Below are positions 1 to 11,077 of a DNA stretch of 61,625 nt, in pieces (position 1 is the stretch's first letter; every line of letters starts with the position of its first letter). Both the position numbers and the translations under genes were made by a program. This DNA comes from Thermoleophilia bacterium (GTDB lineage Bacteria > Actinomycetota > Thermoleophilia > BMS3ABIN01): contig JBAZWE010000003.1 of the NCBI GenBank assembly GCA_041660545.1, positions 1-61,625 on the forward strand, read 5' to 3'. The notes under the pieces are model-generated. The model did not search any database. It saw nothing but the letters and a program-made list of their open reading frames with translations, and was not told where the DNA came from.

Positions 1-1
1 A

Positions 2-1393
2 GAATCACCCTTTGGCTTCCACCCCGCCAGAGTTTCCAGGCGCGGCTACCCCGACAGCGGTTATAAAGACGCCCAGAATATCGGGGTGGGCTGGGCGCGC
101 GAGGGCGTCTACGCCTTCTGGTTCCTGGTGCAGCCGGACCTGAACTCCCCCGATTACGATTTCAGCGTTTATGACAAGCAGTGGGGCTCAGTTCCGGCAA
201 GCATGCGGATACTCGCCAACATTTCACCCCAGGGTCCAGTTGACGAGGGACGCTTCCTCAAGGGCTCCTACAAGCCTGTGGACGAGGCTAAATACCTGGC
301 CTTCGTCCGGGCGACGATCGAGCGCTATGACGGCGATGGCGTAAACGATATGCCAGGACTGAAAAACCCCATCAAGTACTGGCAGGTCAGCAATGAGCCA
401 AACAATTCAAAGACCAGGGATTTCGCGACTCTTCAGAAGATAACCTACACGGCCATCAAGGACACCTGCCCGGATTGTACAGTGCTCATCGGTGGCGCCA
501 CCGGACAACCTTCCGGTTACATCGGTTTTTTTGACAAAGACTATGCCCCCATATTGAAGGAGTTGGGTGGCAAATATGTTGATGTGTTCGACTTTCACTG
601 GTATGGCACCGCGACTGGTGAGTACCGCCTTCGCGATACGGAAGCCGGAACAGCCGGTGCGTCACCCGGCGGTGCGGATACTCTCGAGCATATCCGCCAG
701 ACGCTGAAGGCGGACGGTTTTCCCGCCGACATGCCGATCTGGATTACCGAGATGGGTTCTTATTCCGGTGATCCAACCGAGACGACGGGTCCGGCGGCGC
801 GCCAGATCAAGAAGCTGGAATTTCCGAACCAGTCGGAACGGCAGCAGGCCCAGGACGATTTCAAGCGGTTCATATATCCGCTGTCACGAGGTGTCAACAA
901 GATCTTTCTTGCCTTCGGGCTCATGGAGGGATTCAAGCACGAAGGCGGCTATTTCGACCATACGGGGCTCATCTACGATGGCGAGGGAGCGAATGACCCC
1001 GGCCGCGGGATAAAAAAGCTCAGCTTTTTCACATACAGGAAAATGAGTGAGAAGCTCACCGGCGCCGACTTCTCGACGATCAAGACCCTGCGTGACGGCA
1101 CCGGTAGCGACCATCTCTATCTGTTCCAGGTCCAGAAGGATGGGAAAGACACTTACATCGCCTGGTGGGATTACTTTGACGAGGCCGGCTACAAACCCGG
1201 AATCTCAAAAACAATTGAATTGAGCGATCTTGATGGAACCATGGCCACGGTAACGAGTGTTGTACCAACATCAGATTCCGGCAAGGATGTGAAAGATTAC
1301 GGCACGGCGTTTAAATCAGACTCAAAGCCCATAGAGGACGGCAATGTTTCCGTCACCCTGGACGAGGATCCGGTGATAATCGAGACCGGTTGA
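2..1393 (+). CDS. Glycoside hydrolase, clan GH-A TIM-barrel type (GH5/GH39-like), 5'-truncated by the window edge
   Basis: The reading frame is open from base 2, with no stop before the GTG at 86, so the gene runs off the window. 'WQVSNEPN' (NEP acid/base Glu) and 'PIWITEMG' (nucleophile Glu) lie about 120 residues apart. That spacing is the clan GH-A catalytic pair pattern. Confidence 0.7.
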   Translation, partial: ESPFGFHPARVSRRGYPDSGYKDAQNIGVGWAREGVYAFWFLVQPDLNSPDYDFSVYDKQWGSVPASMRILANISPQGPVDEGRFLKGSYKPVDEAKYLAFVRATIERYDGDGVNDMPGLKNPIKYWQVSNEPNNSKTRDFATLQKITYTAIKDTCPDCTVLIGGATGQPSGYIGFFDKDYAPILKELGGKYVDVFDFHWYGTATGEYRLRDTEAGTAGASPGGADTLEHIRQTLKADGFPADMPIWITEMGSYSGDPTETTGPAARQIKKLEFPNQSERQQAQDDFKRFIYPLSRGVNKIFLAFGLMEGFKHEGGYFDHTGLIYDGEGANDPGRGIKKLSFFTYRKMSEKLTGADFSTIKTLRDGTGSDHLYLFQVQKDGKDTYIAWWDYFDEAGYKPGISKTIELSDLDGTMATVTSVVPTSDSGKDVKDYGTAFKSDSKPIEDGNVSVTLDEDPVIIETG

Positions 1394-1435
1394 TCGCTTA
1401 CATATTACCGCAATAAATCGCCCAGTGACCCCGGT

Positions 1436-3379
1436 TTAATCCACCCATCTTTCCACCCGGTTGCGACCTCTCTCCTTGGCCAGATACAGGGCTGTATCCG
1501 CGCGCGTCATCAGGATGGTCGTGCTTTCCGACCCATCGGTGGAGGTGGCCGCGCCCAGGCTGATGGTGATGTGCGTGCTTAGGTCATCACCAACCTGAAA
1601 GTCTTCCGTCTCTACCTTTTTCCGGATTCTTTCGGCAGCCCCGAGTGCAACATCGATCGGGGTTTGAGGCATGATCACCAGAAACTCTTCTCCTCCATAA
1701 CGGATCACAGAGTCGACTTCCCTGATTTCAAATTCCAGTATCCTCGCCAGCGCGATCAGCAGATCATCACCGACCGCATGTCCGTAGGTATCGTTGAAAC
1801 GCTTGAAGTGATCGAGGTCGATCATGAGCAACGAGAAGGGTTCACTCGTCCTTCGACAGCGGGCCATCGATTTTTCCAGCTCTATATCCATCATATTGCG
1901 ATTTGCAAGACCGGTAAGCGGATCGTGCAGTGACAACGCCTTGGTTTGTTCGTAAAGTTTGGCATTTTCGATAGCGACGCCCAACTGGTTGCCGATTGTG
2001 TGCAATAGATCCATGTCATGTTCCCTAATATTGATATTGGGTTCCGTATGCAGAAACATGACGCCGGATACGCCATTGGGCGTTTTTAAAGGCACGATTA
2101 TATCGCCGTGGTTTTTCATGCCCTCGTAGGAGATCGAGTGCCGCGTATCGTAAGTACTGCTCCGGGAGACGATTATCTCTCCCTCCTGGGCGGCGATTCC
2201 ACAGAGACACTGGCCATATCTTAAGCCAACATGGGCCTCCAGGAAGTCATCGCTGGCTTCCGTGGAGGCCGCCAGTTTCAGCCGGTCTCCTTCCAGTATG
2301 AATATGCCGGCCTCCGGCTGAAAATCGATTATTTTCAAGGATGTTATTTTTTTAAGCGTTTTGTCGAGAAGCTGATTCATTTCGAGCGTGTTACTTATTG
2401 TTGAGGAAATTTCGAAAAGACCGGAGAGTTCCTCGCCGCGTCTGGCCAGAGCTTCGCTTTGCCGGACAACCTTCTCTTCCTCGATTTTTCTATTAGTGAT
2501 GTCATGGAGTACGGCGATCTCGCCGATTTTTGAGCCGGTACTGTCGATTAGCAGCGCCGCGCTGATTTCGAAAAACATGCTGTGTCCACTGTTGGGTTTC
2601 ATCTCTACTTCGTATGGCAACACCTCAATGCCCGCCATGCGCTTCTTGAAGGCATCGACCATGGCAGCGATACTCTCCTTCGTGAAGAGACCTGTCATGG
2701 CATCCAGTTTATTCCCGATCAGGTCATCTCTGCTCCTGCCGGCCAATTCGATCGCGCGATCATTGACGTCGACGATCACGGACTGCTGGTCGAGATGTAC
2801 GAGCGCATCCGTGCCCTGATTGAAGATGTGACGGTAGCGAGTCTCGGCTTCCCTTAAATGAGTTTCCGCGTTGACGTGGTCGGTGATATCCCTTGATATC
2901 GCGAGTACGGCTATCACATGATTGCTCTTGTCGAATTCAGGAGAGAAGCGGGCGTTGTAGATTCTGTTCCATTTTCCCAAATGGAATTCATAATCGAGAT
3001 TCTTCTCAATGCCAGTATTCAGGACTGCCAGAAGCGCGTCATCCCATTTCTTTGAAAGATCTTGAGGTAAACCGGATTGGGCGCATGATTTTCCGATTAG
3101 ACTGGTCGAAGTCAGATTGAACTTTGTCTGGAATATGGCATTTGTATAGGTGATGTGGCGCGCTGCGTCAAAGCGGACAATCGCGTCGGGTGAGTGTTCC
3201 ACCAGCGCCTTGAACTCCTCTTCTCTTAATTTCAGATCGTTTTCCGCCTTTTTTCGCCTGGTGATATCACGGGCGATAAGCACGTAACCGACGAGGGAGC
3301 CCGTGGTGTCGTTGATGGACGTTGTCGATATCGAGACGGGGATCCTGTTATCCTGACGGGTAATGAGGTGCATTTCCAA
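1436..3379 (-). CDS. Sensor diguanylate cyclase, C-terminal fragment (end of one PAS, further PAS domains, GAF, GGDEF) of a frameshifted gene
   Basis: GGDEF domain motifs 'DLDHFKRFNDTYGHAVGD' and 'RYGGEEFLVIM'. PAS-end signatures 'ARDITRRKKAE', 'SRDITDHVNAE' and 'LHDITNRKIEEE'. A GAF-like segment precedes the GGDEF domain. The ORF begins in the middle of a PAS domain ('DLEMHLITRQDNRIPVSIS'). Confidence 0.9.
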   Translation of the reverse strand: MEMHLITRQDNRIPVSISTTSINDTTGSLVGYVLIARDITRRKKAENDLKLREEEFKALVEHSPDAIVRFDAARHITYTNAIFQTKFNLTSTSLIGKSCAQSGLPQDLSKKWDDALLAVLNTGIEKNLDYEFHLGKWNRIYNARFSPEFDKSNHVIAVLAISRDITDHVNAETHLREAETRYRHIFNQGTDALVHLDQQSVIVDVNDRAIELAGRSRDDLIGNKLDAMTGLFTKESIAAMVDAFKKRMAGIEVLPYEVEMKPNSGHSMFFEISAALLIDSTGSKIGEIAVLHDITNRKIEEEKVVRQSEALARRGEELSGLFEISSTISNTLEMNQLLDKTLKKITSLKIIDFQPEAGIFILEGDRLKLAASTEASDDFLEAHVGLRYGQCLCGIAAQEGEIIVSRSSTYDTRHSISYEGMKNHGDIIVPLKTPNGVSGVMFLHTEPNINIREHDMDLLHTIGNQLGVAIENAKLYEQTKALSLHDPLTGLANRNMMDIELEKSMARCRRTSEPFSLLMIDLDHFKRFNDTYGHAVGDDLLIALARILEFEIREVDSVIRYGGEEFLVIMPQTPIDVALGAAERIRKKVETEDFQVGDDLSTHITISLGAATSTDGSESTTILMTRADTALYLAKERGRNRVERWVD

Positions 3380-4287
3380 GTCTCTGAAATCCTCCCCAGT
3401 GCCGCTTGCGAAGACGGTATCCGCAGCACCTGTATCGGTTTGAATAATTCGATTACGGGTCGTCCGATCAAATCGCGCCGGTCATAGCCCAGCATTTTCA
3501 GGGTGGAATCGTTTATGGTGAGCACGTCGCCGTTGGCGTCGATCAGCAAAAGCGCGTCCGGCATCGTGGCGATAATATTGTCGGCGGCGGTGGCGGGGGT
3601 TATGTCGAAAAGTTTGTACTTTAAGGAAGCATAGCCGGTGAATCCACCGGTACCGATCACGAAACCAAGGATCGACAGCTTGGGAAGCATGATGTCCATG
3701 GTTTTTGACAATCCAAAAGAGATAACGTCGGCGAGCATGGGAATCGACAGTCCGATCAGAACCAGCCAGGCCTGTTTTTTTCTTACCCCGTCCGCCTGTC
3801 GCAGATAATAGATTAGGCACAACGCTATTCCCACTGCATTCATGCCCATCAGGACGATTGGTTCCAGCACCTTTGTATACTCGCTCGGGTTCATATAGGA
3901 CCAGCCCCCGGAAGCTATGGCGTCTACTATATAGCCGCCTTCATACTGGATGATGCCGATGAGGGCGATGGAGGGAAGGTATACAAGAACCGCCAGGGCT
4001 GCTTTTCCCAGGTATCTGTCATAGCGCGTGAACGCGAGCGCGAAATGCAGTAGCAATGATGATGGCAGCGGCCAGAAGGACACACAGAACAGCCAGAAGT
4101 GGGCGCTTTCGGTGTCAATGGAATAATAAAGCTGAGCCGTGACAAAGGCCCAGCACACCACGGACAGGCAGAGCAACGCGAAGATACGGTTGATGTGGTT
4201 TTTCCTGTCCATCAGGTATACCTGGATACCGATGAACATCGAGCCGGCTACGGCCCAAAGATACACTAGATAAAAAAACGTTCTCAA
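3232..4287 (-). CDS. Sensor diguanylate cyclase, N-terminal fragment (multi-pass membrane domain plus first half of a PAS domain); meaningful coding stops near 3420-3445
   Basis: About 230 aa of repeated hydrophobic helices (6-7 TM) are followed by 'ADNIIATMPDALLLIDANGDVLTINDSTLKMLGYDRRDLIGRPVIELFKP', the first half of a PAS domain. After that the translation becomes nonsense ('RIPSSQAALGRISETWKC'). The frame of the downstream ORF supplies the missing PAS half. Confidence 0.85.
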   Translation of the reverse strand: MRTFFYLVYLWAVAGSMFIGIQVYLMDRKNHINRIFALLCLSVVCWAFVTAQLYYSIDTESAHFWLFCVSFWPLPSSLLLHFALAFTRYDRYLGKAALAVLVYLPSIALIGIIQYEGGYIVDAIASGGWSYMNPSEYTKVLEPIVLMGMNAVGIALCLIYYLRQADGVRKKQAWLVLIGLSIPMLADVISFGLSKTMDIMLPKLSILGFVIGTGGFTGYASLKYKLFDITPATAADNIIATMPDALLLIDANGDVLTINDSTLKMLGYDRRDLIGRPVIELFKPIQVLRIPSSQAALGRISETWKCTSLPVRITGSPSRYRQRPSTTPRAPSSVTCLSPVISPGEKRRKTI

Positions 4288-4512
4288 TTCGTCCGCCTTT
4301 TATGGGCCGACCAAAGCAGGAATGTAGCGTTGTGATATTGATGGCTATATGCGCATCAACGTATACATAATCCCCTGAAAGGATATTTGGAAAACCAAAA
4401 ATACATTTACCGCCGGTGTGCGAGGCGGCAAATCATGATAAATTACTTCGAGGCTCTCCCGGTTAAAGCCTCTAAACATAAGGGTATTTTTTAAGAAAAG
4501 TCATTTGCACAT

Positions 4513-4598
4513 GCGGGCGTGGCGGAATGGTAGACGCGCCAGCCTTAGGAGCTGGTAGGGTACTCCCTGTGGAGGTTCAAATCCTCTCGCCCGCACCA
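4513..4598 (+). tRNA. tRNA-Leu, anticodon UAG, with encoded CCA
   Basis: Cloverleaf folded by hand. Acceptor GCGGGCG/CGCCCGC, anticodon stem CCAGC/GCTGG with loop CTTAGGA, long variable arm hairpin AGGG-TACT-CCCT (class II), T-arm GGAGG-TTCAAAT-CCTCT, discriminator A and CCA. Confidence 0.93.
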
Positions 4599-4694
4599 AA
4601 AACCGGCTAAATTTGGACATCGGACCCAATCTTCACTAACATCTAGGGTTCGAAAATCTTTTTCTCCTGACCAAACGACGAATTCTGGAGTTCC

Positions 4695-6077
4695 ATGGCA
4701 GATATAAAGACGAACGTGAACGTGCTTGAAGGCGACAAGGTCGAGCTCGAAATCGAAGTGCCCGGGCAGGAGGTCAAGGCTCAGGTAAACAAGGCCATCA
4801 GGGAAATCGGCAAGGACGTAAAAATGCCTGGTTTCCGTCCGGGGAAAATCCCGCGCAACATACTGGTGTCTCGCATAGGAAAAGAGCATATCTACTCACA
4901 GACACTGGAAGAATCCATGGCCGGCTGGTATGAGGCCGCCATCAACGTATCGGGGATAAAGCCGATCGACAAGCCCGAGATCGATGTCGAACCACTCGAG
5001 GATGAGGACAAGCCCTTCAGCTTCAAGGTGACGGTTGCTGTCATGCCGACACCAAAACTTGGTGAGTACTCCGGCATCGAGGCGGAAAAAGAAGAGGTAA
5101 ACGTCGAAGACAAGGAGATCGAGGAAGAGATCGATCGCCTGCGCAAGCGCACCGCGAAACTCGAGGAGATCGAGGGCAGGCCGGCCGCCGAGGGTGATTT
5201 CGTCCTCGTTGATTTTGCCGGCGCCATCGACGGCGAGCCCCTTGAGGGCGGCACCGGCAAGGATTACATGCTGGAGCTGGGCAGCGGTACCTTCATCCCC
5301 GGTTTCGAGGAACAGATTGCAGGAATGGAGAAGGACCAGTCGAAAAAGCTTAAGCTGACTTTCCCGGAGACTTACAAGCCGGAAAAGCTGGCGGGCCAGG
5401 AGGTCGAATTCGACGTGACGCTCAAGGAGATCAAGGAGCGCATCCTCCCCGAGACCGATGACGAGTTCGCCTCGGAGAACAGTGAATTCGATACCGTCGC
5501 CGAGCTGACGGAGGATATCCGGGCCCGGATACTCAAAGGCCGCGAAAACGCCGCGGAGAACATGTTCAGGCAGAAGGTGGTCGAGAAGGTGGTCGAGGCC
5601 GCGGAGGTTGAGATTCCCGAGCCGGCGATCCTGCAGCGGGCGCATGATATTGAAATGAACTTCGCCGCGTCGCTGCAAAGACAGGGCTTCGGACTGGAAG
5701 AGTATCTAAAGCAGACCGAGCAGGACAAGAAGACTTTTGAAGAGCATTTCCGCAAACAGGCCGAGCAGGATGTCAAGCAGGAACTGGTCTTTGAAGCCAT
5801 CGCCGCGGCCGAGAAGTACGAGGTCAGTGACGAGGAGGTCGAGGAGGAGGTCCGGGCAAGCGCCATTGAGCTAGGCCGCGATCCGGAGGAGTTCCTCAAG
5901 AAGATGCAGGAATCGCAGCGGCTCGGAATCGTTAAGGAGGACCTGCTGAGGCGCAAGGCATGGGAGATGGTCTGTGAGAAGGCGGTCGCCGTGCCGGTCA
6001 AGGCAAAAAAAGACAGCGATGACGATGCCAAGGAAGAGATAAAAGAGGAAAAAGAAACAAAAACGGAAAAAGAGTGA
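4695..6077 (+). CDS. tig: Trigger factor
   Basis: N-terminal ribosome-binding signature '[14 protein letters not shown]', a central FKBP-like segment '[16 protein letters not shown]' and an acidic C-terminal arm. It sits directly upstream of clpP-clpX. Confidence 0.95.
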   Translation: MADIKTNVNVLEGDKVELEIEVPGQEVKAQVNKAIREIGKDVKMPGFRPGKIPRNILVSRIGKEHIYSQTLEESMAGWYEAAINVSGIKPIDKPEIDVEPLEDEDKPFSFKVTVAVMPTPKLGEYSGIEAEKEEVNVEDKEIEEEIDRLRKRTAKLEEIEGRPAAEGDFVLVDFAGAIDGEPLEGGTGKDYMLELGSGTFIPGFEEQIAGMEKDQSKKLKLTFPETYKPEKLAGQEVEFDVTLKEIKERILPETDDEFASENSEFDTVAELTEDIRARILKGRENAAENMFRQKVVEKVVEAAEVEIPEPAILQRAHDIEMNFAASLQRQGFGLEEYLKQTEQDKKTFEEHFRKQAEQDVKQELVFEAIAAAEKYEVSDEEVEEEVRASAIELGRDPEEFLKKMQESQRLGIVKEDLLRRKAWEMVCEKAVAVPVKAKKDSDDDAKEEIKEEKETKTEKE

Positions 6078-6721
6078 GCACGGACTTTCAAAAAAACGGA
6101 CAACCAGAGGTGCGAAATCAAATGCCACTAATTCCAATGGTCATAGAGCAAACCAGCCGGGGCGAGCGTGCTTTCGACATCTACTCACGCCTGCTCAACG
6201 AGCGCATTATCTTCCTTGGCAGCGCCATCAACGAAGACGTGGCGAATGTCGTCGTCGCCCAGCTGCTGCACCTGGAATCCGACGATCCCGACAAGGACAT
6301 CAACCTTTATATCAACAGCCCCGGCGGCTCTGTTTATGCCGGTTTAGCCATATATGATACAATGCAGTTTATCAAGCCGGATGTGTCAACAAGTTGCGTG
6401 GGGATTGCCATGAGCATGGGCGCTTTGATTCTCGCGGGAGGCAAAAAGGGTAAACGCTTCGCGCTACCCAACTCCAAGATCCTGATCCACCAGGTATCCG
6501 GCGGTTTCCAGGGTCCCGCGGCGGACATCGAAATACACGCCAAGGAAGCCCTGGCCCTCCGTAAACGTCTCGACGAAATCCTCTCTGAACATACCGGCCA
6601 GTCGATAGAAAAAGTATCCAACGACACCGACCGTGACTACTTCATGACCGCCGCCGAAGCCCAGACATATGGGATCATCGACGAAGTCATAGCGCATCGC
6701 GCAGCGACCAAGGGGGCGTAA
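6074..6721 (+). CDS. clpP: ATP-dependent Clp protease proteolytic subunit
   Basis: '[16 protein letters not shown]', catalytic Ser context '[14 protein letters not shown]' and His context 'ILIHQVSGG'. The GTG at 6074 overlaps the tig stop. An ATG at 6122 ('[10 protein letters not shown]') with an upstream AGAGG is an equally plausible start. Confidence 0.95.
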   Translation: MSTDFQKNGQPEVRNQMPLIPMVIEQTSRGERAFDIYSRLLNERIIFLGSAINEDVANVVVAQLLHLESDDPDKDINLYINSPGGSVYAGLAIYDTMQFIKPDVSTSCVGIAMSMGALILAGGKKGKRFALPNSKILIHQVSGGFQGPAADIEIHAKEALALRKRLDEILSEHTGQSIEKVSNDTDRDYFMTAAEAQTYGIIDEVIAHRAATKGA

Positions 6722-6726
6722 CAGAC

Positions 6727-7998
6727 ATGGCAAGGCCGACTGATGGAAACGAACAGCTTCTCTGCAGCTTCTGCGGCAAATCACAGCGGCAGGTAAAGAA
6801 ACTCATAGCCGGACCCGGCGTTTATATCTGTGATGAGTGCATCGATCTCTGCAACGAGATCATCGATGAGGAGCTGGCGAGTCCGCCGAATCTCGACATC
6901 GAGAATCTGCCGAAGCCGATGGAAATCTACGAATCGCTCAATGATTACGTGGTCGGCCAGGAAGAGGCCAAACGCACGCTGGCCGTCGCTGTCTACAACC
7001 ATTACAAGCGCGTACAGATGGCCGCCGCGGAAGATAATGAAGTCGAACTACAGAAGTCGAACATCATGCTTCTGGGGCCGACCGGCTGCGGCAAGACGCT
7101 TCTGGCCCAGACGCTTGCCCGTGTCCTCAACGTGCCTTTCGCCATCGCCGACGCCACGGCCCTGACTGAAGCCGGTTACGTAGGCGAGGATGTTGAGAAC
7201 ATCCTTCTCAAACTCATCCAGGCAGCTGATTACGATGTGAAAAAAGCCGAGACCGGCATCATCTACATCGATGAAGTAGACAAGATCGCCCGCCGCGCCG
7301 ACAATCCCTCGATTACCCGGGATGTATCCGGAGAAGGCGTTCAGCAGGCTTTGCTGAAAATACTGGAGGGCACGGTAGCGAGCGTTCCGCCTCAGGGTGG
7401 CCGCAAGCACCCGCACCAGGAGTTTCTCAATATAGATACGACCAACATCCTGTTCATCTGCGGCGGCGCCTTTGCACACCTGGACAAGATTATCGAGAAG
7501 CGCGTTGGCCACAAGGGCATGGGTTTCGGCGCCGAGGTCAAGAGCAAGAGCGAGAAAGACGTCGGCAGCATTTTCGCGAAGGTGATGCCGGAGGATCTGC
7601 TCGAATACGGCCTCATACCCGAGTTTATCGGGCGTCTGCCAGTGATAAGCGCCATTCACAACCTGACCCGCGACGATCTGGTCCATATTCTCACCACGCC
7701 CAAGAACGCGCTGGTCAAGCAATATGAGAGGTTCTTCAAATTTGATAACATAGAGCTGGTCTTCGGGACGGATTCGCTTGGGGCTATCGCCGACAAGGCG
7801 CTCAAGCTGGAAACTGGCGCCCGCGGATTGCGCTCTATAATCGAGCAGTCCCTGTTAAATGTTATGTTTGAGCTTCCATCGCGCGGAGACGTGCGCAAGT
7901 GTGTTGTCACCAAAGATACTATCGATCGCAACATCGATCCGACCCTGGTGACGGAAGCGGAAAGAATTCTGCCTGAACTTGACGAAGAGTCAGCCTAA
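6727..7998 (+). CDS. clpX: ATP-dependent Clp protease ATP-binding subunit ClpX
   Basis: N-terminal zinc finger '[27 protein letters not shown]', Walker A '[14 protein letters not shown]' and Walker B '[10 protein letters not shown]'. Confidence 0.97.
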   Translation: MARPTDGNEQLLCSFCGKSQRQVKKLIAGPGVYICDECIDLCNEIIDEELASPPNLDIENLPKPMEIYESLNDYVVGQEEAKRTLAVAVYNHYKRVQMAAAEDNEVELQKSNIMLLGPTGCGKTLLAQTLARVLNVPFAIADATALTEAGYVGEDVENILLKLIQAADYDVKKAETGIIYIDEVDKIARRADNPSITRDVSGEGVQQALLKILEGTVASVPPQGGRKHPHQEFLNIDTTNILFICGGAFAHLDKIIEKRVGHKGMGFGAEVKSKSEKDVGSIFAKVMPEDLLEYGLIPEFIGRLPVISAIHNLTRDDLVHILTTPKNALVKQYERFFKFDNIELVFGTDSLGAIADKALKLETGARGLRSIIEQSLLNVMFELPSRGDVRKCVVTKDTIDRNIDPTLVTEAERILPELDEESA

Positions 7999-10363
7999 AC
8001 CAGCAAAACCGCTACCGCTACTTCCAACCAGAGAATTAGTTGTCTTTCCGCGGATGGTCGCGCCCATTTTCGTGGGCCGCGAGAAATCGATAAAGGCGCT
8101 GGAGCAGGCCTTCGCCGACAAGTCTCCCATCATCCTCTCCACCCAGAAGGAACCCTCGGTCGAGGATCCCACCAGCGATGACATCGTGCGCGTGGGCACC
8201 ATGGCGACCGTCGTGCAGCTTTACCGCATGCCGGAAGGCTCCATCAAGGCTCTGGTGGAAGGACAGCAGCGGGTCACGATAGATGATTTCACCTCGACCT
8301 CACCGCACTTCGTCGTCCATTATTCACCAATGCTGACGGGCGTGGAAAAACCCACCGAGCGTACCAACGCCCTGGCGCGAGTGGTCCTGCGGGAGTTCAT
8401 CCGTTACGTCGAGTCGAGCCCCGGCATGCCGGAGGAGATGAGCCATATCGTCGGCGCCGTGACCGAACCCGACGAACTGGCCGACGCAGTGGCCGCCCAC
8501 ATCATGGTCCCCTTCCACAAGAAACAGGAACTTCTGGAGCTGGGCAATTCGGACGAGCGTCTGAACGCCGTGCTCCAGATACTTATCGAGGAAAACGCAG
8601 TACTTGACATGGAACGTGATTTGAACCAGAAAGTACAGGAGAAGATAGAGACGACCCAGCGGCAGATATTCCTGCACGAGAAGCTCAAGGTCATCCGCGA
8701 CGAACTCGACAACGCCGCCGAGACCGAGGACGAATCGATACAGGATTATTACAAACTGCTCGAAGAAAAACAGCTGGGCGCCGCGGCCGAGGAATCGGTG
8801 CGCAAGGAACTAAACAAGCTCAAATCGACTTCGCCGATGTCGGCGGAAGTCTCGGTCATAAGAAATTATCTTGACAACGTCTTCGCGCTGCCCTGGGGCA
8901 AGCTGGCTGACAAGACCGATTACGAGTTGCCGGTCGTCTCCCGCTACCTGGACAGGACACATTACGGATTAAAGAAGGTCAAGGAGAGGGTGCTGGAGTT
9001 CCTCGCCGTTGGCAAGCTGCTCGGCAAGGACCAGCCAAATACGACCCTGTGTTTCGTCGGGCCGCCGGGAGTGGGAAAGAGCTCGGTAGCCAAGGCCATC
9101 GCCGACGCGCTGGAGAGGCCGTTCGTGCGTATCTCACTGGGCGGCGTGCGTGACGAAGCCGAGATCCGTGGCCACAGGCGCACATATGTAGGCGCCATGC
9201 CGGGACGCATCATAGACGCAATCACCAAGGCCAAGGCCGACAACGCGGTCGTGCTGCTGGACGAGATCGACAAGATGGACTCCGATTTTCGCGGCAATCC
9301 GGCGGCGGCGCTGATGGAGGTGCTCGACCCGTTGCAGAACAAGGAGTTCCGCGACAACTACCTCGAGCTCGACTACGACCTTTCAAAAGTCCTTTTCCTG
9401 GCGACCGCCAATTACGATGACGGTATCCCGGCGACGCTTTACGACCGCCTCGAGGTTATCCATCTTTCCGGATACACCTATGAGGAAAAAGAAAAGATCG
9501 CAGTAAAGCATCTGCTGCCGGGAATCGCTAAGGAAACCGGGCTTAAGAAAACAAGCGTGGTACTCTCGCCGGCGGCGCTGAAGGCTGTAATCCGCTTTTA
9601 CACACGCGAGTCGGGCGTGCGCGACCTCGAGCGCCGGCTGCGCAAGATCTATCGCAAGGTGGCGAGGCGCTATCTGGAGGACGGCCTCAAGCTGCCGGTC
9701 AAGGTCAGTGCGACCGCGCTGGAAGATTATCTTGGCCCGGCGCCGTTTACCGAGGAGCGCCTGGAGCGCAAGGCTCTCTGTGGCGCCAGCCTGGGGCTGG
9801 CCTATACATCCGACGGCGGCGACGTACTTACCATCGAGACCATCGTCTCCAGCAGCGGCAAGGGCGACCTGGTCCTTACAGGTCAACTGGGCGAGGTCAT
9901 GCAGGAGTCGGCCTCGACCGCATGGGGCTATCTGCTATCAAAAGTCGAGACTGACGAGAAATTCACTTCTCTGTTTAAGAAGAACGCACCCGCTTTTGAC
10001 GAAGAGGGAAAATGGGCCATGCCGGGCAAGGATCTGAGGCTGCACGTGCCCGAAGGCGGCATCCCCAAGGATGGGCCCTCGGCAGGCATGGCGCTGGCTG
10101 CTTCGATGCTCTCGGCCATAAGCGGGCACGCGATCAAACCGGCGGTGGCGGCGACGGGTGAGATCACCCTGCGTGGCAAGATCCTGAGGGTGGGCGGCCT
10201 GCGTGAGAAGTGCCTGGCGGCCGAGCGCATGGGTGTAAAAACCGTGATTCTCCCCAAGGCGAACATGCCCGATATCAAAGAGCTTCCCCCGAAGGTCCGC
10301 AAAGCACTTGAGTTCGTCTACGTGGACGATTTCACGCAGGCTATCGAGCGGCTGTTCGTGTAG
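7979..10363 (+). CDS. lon: Lon protease (LonA type)
   Basis: LON N-domain '[26 protein letters not shown]', Walker A '[15 protein letters not shown]' and proteolytic Ser '[12 protein letters not shown]'. The TTG start overlaps the end of clpX by 20 nt. Confidence 0.96.
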   Translation: MTKSQPKPAKPLPLLPTRELVVFPRMVAPIFVGREKSIKALEQAFADKSPIILSTQKEPSVEDPTSDDIVRVGTMATVVQLYRMPEGSIKALVEGQQRVTIDDFTSTSPHFVVHYSPMLTGVEKPTERTNALARVVLREFIRYVESSPGMPEEMSHIVGAVTEPDELADAVAAHIMVPFHKKQELLELGNSDERLNAVLQILIEENAVLDMERDLNQKVQEKIETTQRQIFLHEKLKVIRDELDNAAETEDESIQDYYKLLEEKQLGAAAEESVRKELNKLKSTSPMSAEVSVIRNYLDNVFALPWGKLADKTDYELPVVSRYLDRTHYGLKKVKERVLEFLAVGKLLGKDQPNTTLCFVGPPGVGKSSVAKAIADALERPFVRISLGGVRDEAEIRGHRRTYVGAMPGRIIDAITKAKADNAVVLLDEIDKMDSDFRGNPAAALMEVLDPLQNKEFRDNYLELDYDLSKVLFLATANYDDGIPATLYDRLEVIHLSGYTYEEKEKIAVKHLLPGIAKETGLKKTSVVLSPAALKAVIRFYTRESGVRDLERRLRKIYRKVARRYLEDGLKLPVKVSATALEDYLGPAPFTEERLERKALCGASLGLAYTSDGGDVLTIETIVSSSGKGDLVLTGQLGEVMQESASTAWGYLLSKVETDEKFTSLFKKNAPAFDEEGKWAMPGKDLRLHVPEGGIPKDGPSAGMALAASMLSAISGHAIKPAVAATGEITLRGKILRVGGLREKCLAAERMGVKTVILPKANMPDIKELPPKVRKALEFVYVDDFTQAIERLFV

Positions 10364-10434
10364 GCAGGCATAGCTGTTTCATTCAGGTGAGGTCGAGTCT
10401 CCGCGCTTTACGCAGCAGGTAACGTTTGCCGTAA

Positions 10435-10725
10435 TCAGGCGCGCTTGAAGCGTTTGATTGTAATTACTTCGTGCTCGATGATTTCCCCGCCAGGAGTATC
10501 ACTTTTCTTAGGTTTATCAATACAGTAAACTATCCGGAATCCTCCGCAGATAAACCGGCGGCGATGTTCCAGACCCTTGGCGACTATCATACGAACGCCA
10601 ACCATGGGGAACTGGCAGACAATATCCACACAGTCGTTGATGCGCTCCTGTTCGGACAGCTTTAATTCCAGGAATTGTCCGGTGGCCAACGCGCTCCAGA
10701 AAAGTCTGTTTTTCTCAGTCACCAA
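10435..10725 (-). CDS. RelE/ParE-superfamily type II toxin
   Basis: 96 aa. The pattern 'LFWSALATGQFLELKLSEQERINDCVDIVCQFPMVG...RRRFICGGFRIVYCID' fits the RelE/ParE fold signature (F-S..A....L......RI......L...P..G ... R..vG.YRIiY.I). It lies 55 nt downstream of a Phd/YefM-type gene on the same strand. TTG/GTG start. Confidence 0.6.
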   Translation of the reverse strand: MVTEKNRLFWSALATGQFLELKLSEQERINDCVDIVCQFPMVGVRMIVAKGLEHRRRFICGGFRIVYCIDKPKKSDTPGGEIIEHEVITIKRFKRA

Positions 10726-10780
10726 TGTTGCCGTGCAGCGTTATTTTCAACATGCTGGTTTCAGGATACTGCATCAGTTT

Positions 10781-11077
10781 CTACGCTCTCTTGCGCTGCT
10801 GTTCGCGCCACTTGGCCATCACTACTTCGTGCTCATATATCTTTCCGGCTTTGATATCGGCGTCGGCGATCATATCCATCCTTACTGCCTCGGGATCGCT
10901 CAACTCCTCATAGGTCGCCACTTTGCTCTCCAGCTCTTCGTAGGTGTCGAAACTCATGAGAACAACCCTCGGCTCACCCGATTTGGTGATTACCCAGCGT
11001 TCGTTCCTGAAATGCGCGTCCTCTATCATTCTTGAAAAGATCTTCCTGGCTTCGGCCAGTCCTATAACTTTCATCAT
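10781..11077 (-). CDS. Phd/YefM-family type II antitoxin
   Basis: 'MMKVIGLAEARKIFSRMIEDAHFRNERWVITKSGEPRVVLMSFDTYEEL' is the classic Phd/YefM N-terminal domain. An AGGAG sits just upstream of the tandem ATGs at 11077/11074. The ORF-track start at 11119 is probably too long. Confidence 0.7.
   Translation of the reverse strand: MMKVIGLAEARKIFSRMIEDAHFRNERWVITKSGEPRVVLMSFDTYEELESKVATYEELSDPEAVRMDMIADADIKAGKIYEHEVVMAKWREQQRKRA

Noticed and set aside
4545-4889. A 114-aa minus-strand ORF spanning the tRNA-Leu gene and the tig start.
   Set aside because: It overlaps a well-folded tRNA and the 5' end of tig. It has no RBS and no recognisable domain, so it is spurious.
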